64,000 nucleotides of DNA from Octopus sinensis (GCF_006345805.1 NC_043004.1:61442001-61506000), one strand, 5' to 3'; shown: positions 40,526 to 55,069, numbered from the stretch's first letter. Notes: generated by a model not told the origin, from the letters alone. Translations and numbers: made by a program.

Positions 40526-40709
40526 TGTATATATGGATGTGAATATATTGCAGGTTGTGAAAATTGCGGCGTAGGATCAGAATAGAATAGTTATGCATTC
40601 AATAGTTCATGAATGAACTAAATGATACAGATATAGATATTTATATTTGTCCTTATCTTTTAGATATTTTTGATTTGTTCATTTTTAATGGTTATTTTCT
40701 CCCCTTGAT

Positions 40710-43020
40710 TCTCAATGGAATATTCCCTGCGTCTCTCGGGACGGAGATGTAGTGCTGTGAAACCGATCACAGCTGCGGAGGCGGAGAAAGTTCTTGCGGA
40801 CTGCGGCAATGCGAGGTCGCGGTGCTAGATGGTCTTCCCTACGAGTTATAGTATGCCAGACTTGTTTGGACACCTACTGGCATGTGTTTTCACGAACTGG
40901 CAACTGAATGGGTTTATCTACAGATCTGTGAGTCGGGGTGTGGTGACAATGCTTAGAAAGGACCCAAACAAGGGGGACTTTATAGATAATTTTAGGCCTA
41001 TCACTTGTTTAACGCAGAGTTGAAGATTTTGGCCAAGGTATTAGCAAAAATGTTGGCGCGTGTTGTGGGTGGAATTGTTGTGGAAGCACAAACGTGTGCC
41101 ATTCGATGCAGATCCATAAACGACAATCTCCACCTTCTTCGCTATATCTGAGAGAGGTTTATCAGGATTCGTGGCAAGGGTGGGACTTTGGTCCATTTAG
41201 ACCAAACTAAGGCTTTCGATAGGGTTGACCATCGGTATGTGGTGTCTGTTGTGAAGGCAGTCGGGTTGAGCCCGAGCTTTCTCAGTCTAATTTAATTGTT
41301 CAGGTGAACGGTTTGTTCTTGAAGCTGTTCTCAATTAAGCACTCTGTAGTCAAGTGTGTCTCTCTCCCCACTTCTGTATGTGTTGGCCCTTGAGCCTTTC
41401 TTGCGGAAATAGGAGGTGATAAAGGGCGCCCCGCCTGATCTCGGTTGCGGGAAATAGGTTTCGGCGTATGCGGACGACATCACCATCATCATATCCGAGG
41501 TGGACCACCTACAGAGACTAGGCGCAGCGATTAAGTATTACGAAGCAGCAGCAAAACAGGGAGAAATCAGTCGGCTTGCAACTCGGCACCTAGAGGAGCA
41601 AGTCGACGCCACCCAACAGTGTCATCGGACGCTGGGCAGTGGGACCAGTTAGAATGCTAGTGGTCTGATTGGGACCGGGCCTCCAGAGAGAGAAGAACTG
41701 GAGCTAGGCGGCGAGCAGGGTGATCCTCCTAACTAGGACCTGGTCCGAGCGGTGGCTATTTCTGAAAGGGAAGGCGGAGGTCGCAAATGTGTTCATCGCA
41801 TCTATGATCACCTACCGCCTAACTGTCGTACATTGCCCTGCATCGGGACTATGCAATATGGAGCGCTTGCTCTCCGATTTTTTTTAAGGGGCGGTGGTCC
41901 GCTTGTAAGTCGAACTATCTGTTGCCAACACCTTCTAAAGGTTGGGGTAGGGAGGCGTTGGGTGCTGATGCGTAGACATGCACTGTGGATGAGGCATCTG
42001 TGGCTCTATCTAGATGATGAACAGGTGTGGTCTCCGTTCGTTAATCTGATGCTTTCCAGGTTTACAAGTTTCGGTGAGCTGGAACCGTGGATCAAGTGTA
42101 GACGAAGGTTTGGAATATGGCAAGCCGAGTGCCATCAGGCTCTCGTGCTCATCTCCCACATGGGTAATGTCAGCGGTGGGGGTTCCCCTCGTTCTTTTAT
42201 AGAGGGTGGGTATGTGCGACGATATCCTGGGGGAGACCCCGGTCCTCGACGATACTCAACTCGCCGGGCTGTTCCGAAGGGCATTCAGGCAAGGGCTTAT
42301 GCATAATTTCCAAAAGTCTCTGATTTGGAAAGGTTACCTAGGGGCTTTACCAGTTTGCGATAAAACTGCAAGGCAAGGTGCTTCTTGCCTGTCCACGTGT
42401 CCAAGGTGTGAGCAGGACGATGAAACCGTTCTGCACGTTATTGTGCGGTGCCCCAGAATTTCGGAAATGTAGGTTTACGCCGAACAACTGCTGCCAAGTC
42501 TAGGAGGATTACAACAGTCCTCCGTGTCAATCATTAAGATTTGTCCACCTTCCTCCTTTAACCGCGAAGGAGATGTTTGTTTTTTTCACTGTGGTTGCTG
42601 TAGCAAAAGAGGTTGTTAGGAATGAAAGGAGTAGCGACAGGCAACATTGTCTCCGGTCTCGTCTAGTGAGCTTTTTTTTATTTTTGATCTTAAGAGTAAA
42701 ATAAGACTGGAGAAGAGGTGATGTCGAATGATATATATGTGGAAAGATGGAAAGATGTGGCGCGAGAGCTGAGAATAAGTGATCCCACTTGAATGTAAAC
42801 CATTGAAGTAAGGCAAGCCTTCAGTGGCGAACCGTGGCTTGCGGGGTCGAGGCTGACCCCGGCTCCCACTCCATTGTGTTGTTCAATTGTATTGTATTTC
42901 AATCGTTTAATTTCATAAAATTTTATTATATTGTTATCTCTATGTTATAAACATATGTGACCCCCAGTTTATTTATATTGCCCCCCTCTGTGTTGGCCTC
43001 CGGTAGGCAATAAATAATTT
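40710..43020 (+). mobile_element. Tx1/L1-clade LINE, 5' truncated, with frameshifts and stops
   Basis: LDGLPYE, DNFRPIT, LDQTKAFDRVDH, AYADDITII, zinc knuckle CPRCEQDDETVLHVIVRC, AATAAA at 43009; locally GC-richer. Confidence 0.92.
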
Positions 43021-44471
43021 ATTCTTTCATGATATCTTATCGCTTTCGGAAAAATTTTGGCTTGAAAACAAAATAGTGCACTTCGAACGATGAGTTAACG
43101 TGATGCCTGTTTATTCGTTGGCCCGAATACTTCATCGACCTCCCCCCTCTCTCTCTCCCTGTATATACATGTATTAGAAATTCTTTATGAAAAATTAATA
43201 CAGGTGATTTAAAAAAAATATTTTTCAAAAAAGTTATAAAATCTTTTATCGAGATGCTACTAACCTTCTCTTGAAGACTTTTTTTCCTAGCGTGTGTGCG
43301 CTTTCGATTAAAAAACAATTACGGACGTTATTGAAATACACAATGCGAATGAATAATGTCTGCGCTGTGACTATTCAATAATTTCAGACCCTTCCTCACT
43401 TTTCTTTCACTATTTAACAACTGGACCACGGCCATAATAGAAAAATGCATCGAATGGGTTTACCTTAATATATCACCCCTCTCTCACCTCATCTTCTCGT
43501 TGTCTTCCTCTCCTTTTGTTTCTTTAAGAATGCGAATGACAAAGGGTGTTTGGGAGGATAGTTCAGACGTCACTTTCCATCCGTTCTCCATGAACGTTGA
43601 TAGAACATGCGCGTCATATACGGATACACACGCACGTAAAACATTTCTGGCTGGGTGGATATTTGATAAAGACCCAAATAATTCATAGTTTATATGAGTG
43701 TTTCTTGAAAAACTTTGCTTTAACCTACAACGGTGTGGTTAATTATAATATCCTTTGTGTGGTACATATCGATCTTTGACCGAGTAGGCTTACAACAAGA
43801 AATGTATTCCCTGCTTAACACATTAAAGTAATAATTTGACGAAAACAAAATTTTCAACTGCTTCACTACTGAAGTATCTCTTGCACAGAACATTCCTCAG
43901 TTTTAAATCGCTTTATACATTAAACTGCGAAACAGACAGCCGTATATGCAAGTTATTATTATTGAAGGCTTCTATATTCCATACGTCGTTTCATGAGACA
44001 CTGGTCTACAAAAATAAAACATTCTGTAGCGCAAGGTTTGCAGCAAGTGAACTACTCAGGCATATTTCATTTACTGTGCACATTTGTTGTTATCTCTGTT
44101 GCATTTTTCACAATATGGATTCAATGTCATTGATAAACCAGTCGGAAACCGTATGTTGTGTGCATAAACTAGCGATTTCACACGATTAAATTCTCCTCAC
44201 TTTCTATATCAGTCAACTGCAGACTCGTATAAGACATTTTCCCAAAGTGCTAATCAGTGGTATGACAACCGGAACCTCCTAGTTGCAAGGCTACCATTTA
44301 AGCAAAATATCAGACACGGAACTTTGATAAATATGAATGTCCTCCTTAATTTTATGAAATATTTCGTAAACACTTCAAGATTATGGCATTTCCTTGTTAT
44401 GATAATATGAAAAACTATTTTCAGAGTTTCGCAGAAGTGAGAAAATCGATAAACAATTTTTTTTTATCATG

Positions 44472-44606
44472 GGCGCAGGAATGGCTGTGTGGTAAGTAGC
44501 TTGCTAACCACATGATTCTAGGTTCAGTCCCACTTCTACTATAGCCTCGGGTCGACCAAAGCCTTGTGAGTGGATGTGGTAGATGGAGACTGAAAGAAAC
44601 ACATCG

Positions 44607-44638
<32 letters not shown>

Positions 44639-44658
44639 TATATATTTATATATATATT

Positions 44659-44691
<33 letters not shown>

Positions 44692-44897
44692 TTGTGCGTG
44701 TTGTGTCCCTCAACATCGCTTGACATCGATGCTGGTGTCTTTATGTCCCAGTTACTTAGCGGTTCGGATTAAGAGACAGATAGAATAAGTACTAGGCTTA
44801 CAAAGAATAAGTCCTTAGATCGATATGCTCTACTAAAGGCGGTGCTTCAGCATGGCCGCAGTCAAAATGACTGAAACGAATAAAAGAATAAAAGAAT
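44472..44897 (+). mobile_element. SINE family A, copy 4 (small deletion in the CORE-like part)
   Basis: Colinear with 25719-26150. Confidence 0.92.
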
Positions 44898-45572
44898 TCC
44901 TCGAAAAAGAAAACCAAATAAGCGTTGTGTTGAAAATTGTCAATATTTGTATTACAAATAATTGATTTCTGGTGTAGCCAATTTATATGAGAAGGTTATG
45001 CAAAATTCGAAAAGGTTAATTTTGAAATATGATAAAAAAATATCATCACCGTAAAAGAAATTAATAAAATAGTGAAATTGTAATATCAAAAGCAATAACG
45101 AAGCAACGAAAAGAAATATCAGCTGGAATAAATGTCTTTTATATCCGGTTTATCTAACACTTATGATAATCGTACGTAAAATATAATGGTAAAGGAAAGT
45201 GTTAGACTAAGCTTCCTGTTTACGTTACCCCCGTTTTATTATAAAAAAGAAAAATTATGAAATAGTGAAACAAGTTTTAATAAATGGAAAACAAATACAG
45301 ATGGTGAGCTAAACACATTTGATGGAGCATACCTATCGTAATAAATGTTCCAGAATTAACCATCGCGTATTTATTTAAACATTGTGGGTCTGCAAATATA
45401 AGCTATTTTTTGTGAAGCTTTCAATTGTTTATTTCGAAGGACATCTGGCTGCTCTTTCTAGAAAGATAAATATTTTTTACCACTGTTTCGTAACCCAGTA
45501 ACATACTACCCTCAAATTTGGTTACATAAATGTTTATGTACGCACGTACGTACGAACGTATGCATGTATGCT

Positions 45573-45618
<46 letters not shown>

Positions 45619-45869
45619 CATGTGTGGCGTGTGATCATTGCATTGAGCATGAAAGAGAAAGTTGTCATGGCAATACCTGCCCAAGTGTACACGTGGTCTA
45701 GACGTTTCCAATGTGGCCGATAAGATTTCAATATTGATGAAAGTTCTGCGTGACCGCCACCAGGTAGAAATGAGAAAAACCTGCCAGATATGCTTGAAGA
45801 TGTGAGGTGAAATCGTTGAATCACCAAATCTGTTATCAGACGATTAGTTACAGTTCAGTTCAGTTCATT

Positions 45870-47400
45870 AGCACGGAAGATTTGAGCATGAGACGCGTGT
45901 ACTGTCAACTTCTTTCTTGTCTTTGTCTCCACGTTCATTCAGCTTCTTGGCTTGTGATTTAATGATTCTAGCTCCATACTGAAGTGATGCAATCTCCCAT
46001 GTAGTACTTGCTTGGATTTCAATTCATCCGGTCAATTTTGAGCGCAGCACCATGCTTAGTCTTCGGAAATATTCCATCCCCATTTCCTATTTCATTTCAT
46101 TCTCCATTATCACACTGAAATCTAGTACGCCAGGTTATTTGTAGCAACAATTTTCAAGTTGGTTGATTCTCTATTAATCTCATGTTAGGGACTTTACCAT
46201 GCCTCTTCTCAGATGGATTATACCACACTTCTTGAGTCCGAATTGCATTCTAATTTCAGCACTAAAACAGTGGACAGTGTCCATCATAGAACTCACTTGT
46301 GCTTCATCATTTCTATACAGCTTCAAATCATCCATGTATAGGAGGTGGCTGATTGTTTGAGATTTACCCTTTAGCTGATATCCCAGTCTCATTTTCCGAA
46401 GTACAGACGTCAGAGGGATTATGCAGAAAACAAAAAGCAAAGGAAATATGCTATCACCCTGGAACATTTATGAAGTTATTCTGCAGTTCCTCATGATAGT
46501 AACTTCCACTTTTATTGGGAGCCAAGAAGTTGGTCTATAATTTGCAGCAGCATTTCCCTTTCGATGCATTATTCAGACACAACGCCGTTCGATCAATATA
46601 CTAAGTTGCGCTGCATTCAATTTATGGCACCCAATGAACGTTTTTATCCCAAATCCCAGTATACCATAAGGTCATACTGCTTTACAAATGCTTATATTTT
46701 TACTCATATTTCTTATATACCTTCTGTGAAGTGGATAGCTTCTTGCTGGAGATAAGAAGCTTTGTTTCAGGCAACAGAGGCATTCAGCTGCAGTATTATG
46801 TTGCTCTTGCTTAGTCTATATCTTACCCTAGAACTGTCGAATTTCATCAGCATCAGGGGTTAATCTTTCACGTTCTATATTATCATTGATTCCTTGATAA
46901 AATCTCTTTAGGTTGGTCCTAAACAATTGGTTTTGCTAGTATTGCTTAATCTGCTGTCCAGGCCTAGTAAGCTTTGCTTTTTTGGGAGGTATGCGTTGCT
47001 TCAGCTCTTCAATTACAACAGTCAGACCTTTTGTATCGACACCATCATTCTTTCTCACCTTTTCAAATTTGCGACCATTCTTCAACTTTCCTTTTCTTTT
47101 CCTGATAATAATGGTCACTACACTGTTCAGGGAGTTTACATCTTCTGAAGTCTCCTTCTCCACCAAGATTTTTTATTTTGTCTTCTATCCGTTGGTGTTC
47201 TGTTTTCAATATTACTCAGTGCTATACTTTCTACCACAATACTACTTGCAGCCTTGATGATATTATTTGTTTGTATGATGTTTTTGTTTCAATGTACCTT
47301 AATACATTATTGCTCTACTTATCTCTTGATTTAGTCTCTATTATTTAACCCTCTTAAAGTCGCACACAGATTCTTACTCTTCTTTATTTAATAGATCCCA
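45870..47400 (-). mobile_element. Dong/R4 fragment with RT core and internal deletions
   Basis: GLTVVIEELKQRI; MFQGDSIFPLLFV...SHLLYMDDLKLY...QFGLKKCG; EYFRRLSMVLRSKL. Confidence 0.9.
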
Positions 47401-47507
47401 AATCCTGTTTATTATTAATTGATTTTCATTTAAGTAGTCACTGATCACAAATCCTTCACGATTCACACTAGTAAATTCTTGTGAACAATTGCATATAACA
47501 ACAACAA

Positions 47508-47564
<57 letters not shown>

Positions 47565-47596
47565 GTTATTATTATTATTATTATTGTTATTATTAA

Positions 47597-47672
<76 letters not shown>
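47508..47672. repeat. (TTA)n array, 3' flank of the Dong copy at 47673-48519
   Basis: Read directly. Confidence 0.96.
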
Positions 47673-47675
<3 letters not shown>

Positions 47676-48519
47676 TAGATTTATGTTTATAACGTGCTTT
47701 CACTTCACTACCGATCGCAGCTCTGTGTACCTTGGGTATGTGCTGTGGTTTGCTGTGATGCTCTTATGGTTACTGTATTGAAAGTGTTTTACGTAGGATG
47801 TTTGCAGTGCCCAATAGTGCAATTTCTGTATGTTATATATATTTTAATTCCTAGTGGATTTGTTATGTATTTGCGTGGATATTTTTTTAATCATACCTAA
47901 TGCGCCCACTATGATAGGAATTGTTTCTGTTTTTAGATTCCACGTTCGAGTTACCTCTATTTCCAGGTTTTTGCATTTTGAAAGTTTCTCCATTTCTTTT
48001 AAAGAAACGTTGTCATCTGCTGGTATTGTTACACCAATTAGAAAGCATTTTCTTCAACTCTATCTGGCCTATTGGCCATAATTTCTCTATCTGTGCGTAT
48101 TGGCATATTCAAAAGTATGGCTTTCTCGTTTTCCGTGACCTTTTCTGGCGTGTGCTTATACCATCATTTTCTGTTGTTATTCCATCGTGTTGGCATAGCT
48201 TCCAGTGTATGTACGTCCCAACACTCTCGTGTCTGTGAATATATGCCTTCTTAGCCAGGTCTGGGCAGCCAGAGATAATATGATTTATTGTTTCTTGTAC
48301 TTCTCCACATAAATTGCAGTTACTTGTTATATTTCTTTTCATTACATGTTTTTGGTAATTTCTGGTGGGGAGGCTTTGGTCTTGTGCTGAAATTAAATAT
48401 ATTTTGGGGATATTATATATTCACAGAGTTTGTTTGGATAGTGGTACTCCTGTCTGAATGGGTTTGCGGGAGTATCTGCAATGGCTGCTTCATATATTAC
48501 GTCAGTGATATTAACATTT
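47673..48519 (-). mobile_element. 5'-truncated Dong copy, same subfamily as 24437 and 24577
   Basis: CNLCGEVQETINHIISGCPDLAKKAYIHRH (CCHC), RLE, shared 3' UTR ending CTACTG^AATAAT; (TTA)n on both sides. Confidence 0.92.
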
Positions 48520-48530
48520 GTTGTTGTTGC

Positions 48531-48566
<36 letters not shown>

Positions 48567-48730
48567 GACTATTACTACTACTACTGCTGCTGCTGCCACT
48601 ACCACTACTACTACTATTACTACTACTATTAATACTATTACTACTACTATTACTACTACTACCACTACTGCTGCTACTGCTACTGCCACCACTACTACTA
48701 CTACTAGTAGTACTACTACTACTACTAGTA

Positions 48731-48761
<31 letters not shown>

Positions 48762-48808
48762 CCTACTACCACTACTACTACTACTATTACTACTACTACT
48801 ACTACTGT

Positions 48809-48876
<68 letters not shown>

Positions 48877-48895
48877 TTATTATTATTATTGTTAT
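48520..48895. repeat. Compound trinucleotide array (TTG/TTA/CTA/CTG/CCA)
   Basis: Read directly; source of poly-T/L/Y ORFs. Confidence 0.96.
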
Positions 48896-48914
48896 TTCTA
48901 AATGCGTCTAGAAT

Positions 48915-49240
48915 ATTTAGCTCACCTGGTGAAATGCTCAGCAGTATTTCGCCCGTCTTCACTTTCTAAGTTCCAAATCCGCCATGGCCCACTCTATTTT
49001 ACCCATCCTTTTCGACTTCGCGAAAATATGTACCAGTTACGTACTGAGGTTGGTGTAATCGACTATCCACCTCCCTTATAATATCAGACCTCGTGCCTAT
49101 AATAAAGATGATCGTTATTGTTATGTGATATGGAAGACTCTTTAGCACTCCAGACAAGATGTTTAGCGACCTTTCGTCCGCCTTAACGTTTTAAGTTCAA
49201 ATTCCGCCGATGTCCCCGTTGCTTTTCAGTTTTTCGCAAT
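48915..49240 (+). mobile_element. Two degenerate SINE family B remnants
   Basis: gtatttcgcccgtc..aagttccaaatccgcc..gtaccagttacgtactg; aagttcaaattccgccga. Confidence 0.6.
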
Positions 49241-49980
49241 CCAAATACACCCACACCCCAAATTGTTGATCTTTTGCCAAAATTTCAAAACGAGTATTGT
49301 TATTATTTATAATGTTTTGCGCTTTGAAGAGAATTTGGCATTTCATACCACAGACGAGAAATTCAATAAGTAAATAAATTTCTAGAAAATAAGAATAATA
49401 AAAAATATCTTATTCTTTTACACGATATTTGTCTTTCAATGGCATTTTAAAAATCTTCTTAAATGATGTGTAATCAACAGAGCAGGAATTAATTGTTCTC
49501 CTCGAAAAACTAGAAATGTCATGTCAGAACAAATAACAGCATATAAAAGATTCAGGCAAGGAAATAAATCTGTATTTCATTTAACTTCACAGATAAATTA
49601 TAAACTTCAAATAAAATATCTTTTGTTTGCATTTGAAAATGTAAAACAAAAAAAATAAAAACAACCAAACAACCCTGCAGCCATAGATTTATTTTTTGGC
49701 CTCAGATCCCAATAAATTAGATAGTTATTAAGAATGGCTCTTGTGAAAGTAATCGGAAATATATCGAGAGTAACGATTTGAAAGCAACGGCTACTAATAT
49801 TTTATCTCCGTGATAAACAAAAAGTTGATAATTAACAGAACTTCCAATCTGACATTTTGACTTTGTAATCCGTAATTTATGATAGAAAGAAAGAGACAGC
49901 TTTCTAATTACGTGGTTTCGGGTTCGATTAAGAGTGTGCGATCATTTGGACCCAAATATTTCACCGTTGGTGGAAGCTGA

Positions 49981-50033
<53 letters not shown>

Positions 50034-50035
<2 letters not shown>

Positions 50036-50197
50036 CTTATAAACAAGGGCGAAAGAAAGATTATTTCTAAGCCAATATGCTGCTGAGAACAGACTTTAAA
50101 TCGCCAATTTCCACATTTCATTATACATTCGACGATTTAAAGTCTGTTCTCAGCATATTGGCAGAGAAATAATTTTTTTTGCCCTTGTTTTTAAGTT
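50034..50197. repeat. Imperfect fold-back (arms about 65-70 bp, 29-bp spacer) next to (TA)n
   Basis: aacttataaacaagggc...gctgagaacagactttaaatcg / cgatttaaagtctgttctcagc...gcccttgtttttaagtt. Confidence 0.85.
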
Positions 50198-50282
50198 GTT
50201 TATAATTTTAACCTTTATAGGTATTTTGATATGCTGCCACTTTTGATGAAATATTTTTCTGAAAAAAAATTATCCTATATTA

Positions 50283-50330
<48 letters not shown>

Positions 50331-50699
50331 AATGGGATTTATTAGACGGAAAATGCAACATGTTCTGGCATACAAAAGTCTACATTCATACATACGTAGA
50401 TACATACTTATAAGTATACATATATACAGTTACATTCGCGTGCGCGCGTATTTAAATATATACATTTATAAATTATACATAGATGCAGGCGTGTATTTAT
50501 ATATTGATATGTGTTATGTATATATTTAAATACACACCCACCCACAAACACACGCACATATTAATGTATCTATATTTATTGAAGTGTATTACTATGTAAG
50601 TTAAGTGTATGCTCATGTGCATAAGTGCTTAAGCTAGCGCGCGCATATATGCCTTCATTACTTTAAATTCGAGGACACTGGATTAGAAGTTTGTAGCAT

Positions 50700-51000
50700 T
50701 TCTCATCAAGCAAGATTACTTCTCAATCAATATCGCAACTACTACGATAAATCTTCGCTACGCAGACCTTCTGATGTTAATGTCACATCAGACCTGACTG
50801 ATTTGACTTCACTGCCATACTGGTGAATCTTGTCATATGGGTTCTCTCGTATCTTCGCTTCTTCCAGGATACACAATATTCCTGACATTTGCTACGAACT
50901 TCAACGTTAGATAAAATAAATCAATTCTAGCATTCCTCTCATGACAGTAATTTCCCTGGCCATAGACGAATTTCTTGATGTAGAGCCATCCTACATTATA
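50700..51000 (-). mobile_element. Possible very decayed CR1-like RT remnant
   Basis: Weak similarity only (NIVY..., HQYGS, KIYRS...DEKC). Confidence 0.25.
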
Positions 51001-51633
51001 TGGTCAGATCATTGTCATCATCATCGATGGTGGGTTCATGTGATTATTGCGACAATACAGGCGGTGTTTAAAACTTCCAAATGTTAATTATGGCTCTGTG
51101 ATTCTTTCATCTGATTTCGATCAAGCTTTGAACACAGTGATTTTGGAAGAACTTCATTTAAATTAAGTATGGACGTCTACCGATACAAGAGTCTGGGTAG
51201 AAAGGGAGAGAGGATGTCTGACCTACATTTTATACGCGCCCAGATTCATATCGGTCAAAGTGTCTCTATTTTGAATAAGCGTATTTAAATCACATAAAAA
51301 AACACGCTTTGTATATATCTATATAACAGTATATAAATGTGCATATTTACACATAAAAGCACTTACACATACATTCGTGTTGTACATGCCTCTGTATGTG
51401 TAAATCACTATGTATATATGAGAATTTGCTTTCAAATTTTCCAACAATGATCTGTGATTCATTAAATACTGATGAAATAAAATAAGTACTGTATTGAAAT
51501 AAGTATTAGATAAAAAAAAGAAAAGAACTCATTAAAGAATTACCCTTGGAATCATTCCAATCCAATGAATGTACACATCAGTAGCGTGGCATATATGTAC
51601 ATACGTCTGTATGTGTGTGTGAGTATGTGTGTG

Positions 51634-51635
<2 letters not shown>

Positions 51636-51702
<67 letters not shown>
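51636..51702. repeat. (GA)n microsatellite
   Basis: Read directly. Confidence 0.97.
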
Positions 51703-51708
<6 letters not shown>

Positions 51709-51821
51709 GTGATTTGATGAAATAGTTCTGCCACTGCTCAATTAGTGCCTGAATAGGTTGGGATTATACTTTCTCATCTTTATAAGATAAACATGCAGGA
51801 ACAATCGGACAGAAGAAAAGT

Positions 51822-52220
51822 AAAACATGCAGAAAATGGTGGATTAACTTAAGAAAATCTAATTGACATAAAATCACTATTAGAAATAGGTCTGCTTTCA
51901 TAAATGTTTATTAATTTGTCATCTCTCTCTTTATTGCTATAGAGAGTGGCATCACTCTCTTTATTGCTAGTTCATGCATCAATTGTCTGCATTATATGTA
52001 AACATTCACTTTCCTCTCACAAGAGAAAACCAAGGAAACACGTGCATAAAACGGTAGATTAACTTACAAAAACCTAATTACCATCAAATCAATGCTAGAA
52101 ATTCGCCTGATTTCATAAATGCTCATGAATTTAGCATTGCAGTCTTAATTGCTGTCTCATGCATCAATTATGTGCATTAGATTGACTCATCTCCTTTCCT
52201 CACACAACAGAAAATCCAGA
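51822..52220 (+). repeat. Diverged tandem duplication, unit about 210 bp
   Basis: gattaactta..aaa.ctaatt.....aaatca...tagaaat; ttcataaatg; catgcatcaatt..tgcatta each occur twice. Confidence 0.7.
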
Positions 52221-52587
52221 CAACAAAATCCTTCTTATAATTGTTATAGCCATCATATATAGTTTACTTCAATCAGGTTAACTATTTTTTATCTATATTG
52301 TGAAAAATTACACGCACGATAGTCTATATTTAAATACATATACAAGTGACTATATACATGCATGCAGGCATATATTCGTATATATATATTCACATTTAAT
52401 ACGTATATAGATGCCATATAAACTATCTATGTATATACTATGTAAATGCATAAGTATGTATATCTATCTGGTGCTATTAAGTTAGACACGACCTGGGCCA
52501 TCACTGGCCAAAACCTTTCTAAGTTATTCTAATTTTGTTTCTTTCCATATATAATATATATGTATGTATATCTGTATATATATATAC

Positions 52588-52651
<64 letters not shown>

Positions 52652-52731
52652 GTATCTACATGTATATATATGTATGTATATATATGTATATGCATATATA
52701 TGTATGAATATATATTTGTATATACATATAA

Positions 52732-52792
<61 letters not shown>

Positions 52793-52796
<4 letters not shown>

Positions 52797-53143
52797 CGTA
52801 TATTTGCCATTTGAATATGGCTAACCCCTAATGGTGAATGCTACTGTAGTTTGTAGCCCCAGGAGGACACCTCCTCCAGCTGGCTATAGACACACTTTCT
52901 GTGCCCTATCAGTATTTGCAAAGGGAAGCCATCCTTCCCGTCTTCAACTTATGATACACATTGATTCGAGTTTCAGGGTATTGACCCGTCATCGGCGTGT
53001 GACAATCATAGTTGTCGACGAGAAGTTGGTTCCCTTCACAAATACATATCCTTTTTCCAGTATCGATTGCCACTGATATTCAAAAAGTGAAATCAAACAA
53101 TGATAAATCTGAGAGCCATATTCAAATGGCAAATATACGTCAC
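52793..53143. mobile_element. 351-bp MITE-like element with perfect 30-bp terminal inverted repeats
   Basis: GTGACGTATATTTGCCATTTGAATATGGCT at 52793-52822 and its reverse complement at 53114-53143; abuts (TA)n. Confidence 0.88.
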
Positions 53144-53679
53144 GATGTGTTGCTGCTATTGTTTATAACTCGCTCTGAGATTTATCATTATATATATATA
53201 CATATACATATATGTGTGTGTGAGACCAAATGTCTCTTATATCATACTGTGTAAGGATTACTAACAAGTACTATGGACCACGTACATGCACATATATGAA
53301 AATATCAGAATACATATGAAAACATTCATATATACTTATATACTCACACGAAACGTACACAGGATCAAATAGAAATGGATTTCATAACTAAAAAATATTT
53401 TATAAAATGTAGCTCTATCGTTTACTTTTAATTGTTGTTTTATTTAAAATATTCTTTTCAAATGTGGATATACTACATTTAGACCTACGAGATGGAGAGA
53501 GAGAAAGAGATTGAGTGAGATGAGGGAGTGAGGGGGTAAGCGAGAGAAGGGATCGATGATTATAGTGTTCATAAAGAGGTCGATAAGCACATATCAACCA
53601 CTTCCTGGATGGCATACATATGCATAAACATGTATTGAATGTATTTCCATATTCTTGGTTTATCTGTTGTAGAAATATG

Positions 53680-53950
53680 AAATATTCATCGTCCTGATAA
53701 CCTTAATACTTACAATAAACAATCTCAAGCATATATTATTGTATAAGTTTAGAACGAAACAAAATTGCTATCAAACTGAAAATAGACGAAAGGCCGTCAT
53801 CAAAAAGAATTAAGTGTAAATATGATGTTGTTGCCAAAGCCAAATTTAGATCAGAAAATCCTGCGAAAAGTGAAATTGATAGATTCAGCAAGTATATTTT
53901 AGGTACTTGTAAAAGTATTTTGAGTACATACAATATCAAGTAGAATCGGA
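53680..53950 (+). mobile_element. Penelope-like RT N-terminal fragment
   Basis: KIAIKLKIDER...ENPAKSEIDRFSKYILG resembles the PLE motif LINPAKSEIGRxSKxIL. Confidence 0.65.
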
Positions 53951-54597
53951 GTAAGATGTAAAAAATAACAAAACAAAAAGAAAACAGGTCCATTGAAATA
54001 AGGCATCAATTAATAGGTCAATCAATCAAGAGAGAGAGTGTGAGAGAGGAAGAGAGGGGGAGAGATGATGAGAGAGAATTGTCCGAAATTCTGACAAAAT
54101 ACTTTCAAACAAGTTATTCTCTCCGTGCCCGTAACAAGATGACCAAAAATAATTACCTAATTACAATGTATTATCAAATTCCTCAATACTTCGTGGACCC
54201 TGAAATGAAGAAAAGTAACTTTATATCGGCCTTATTAGAACGCAGTACGTATAGCGAAAGAACAGATAATGCAATTTTTCTGACATTTTAAATCTTTTCC
54301 TCACCGCATATAAAAATGTCTTTACCGCAATTACTGTTCTAACGATCTTCTTGCAATAATATTATGATCTGCTTGTCTATAGATCCTCTTTAGAAATCAT
54401 TAAAGATAAAGAAAGATGATTTACCCATTCATTTGTGAGAAAGATTATCGTTATGCATACTAAGTAGTAGTGGCCAGATATTATTTAATGTTGGCACAGA
54501 ATCAATCAATGCGACTGAAATTTGGGAGTTGTCTATCTTAACGATTAAATCAGAATGCACAGGAAAAATATTTCTAGTTTCTATGTTTCTAGATGCT

Positions 54598-55069
<472 letters not shown>

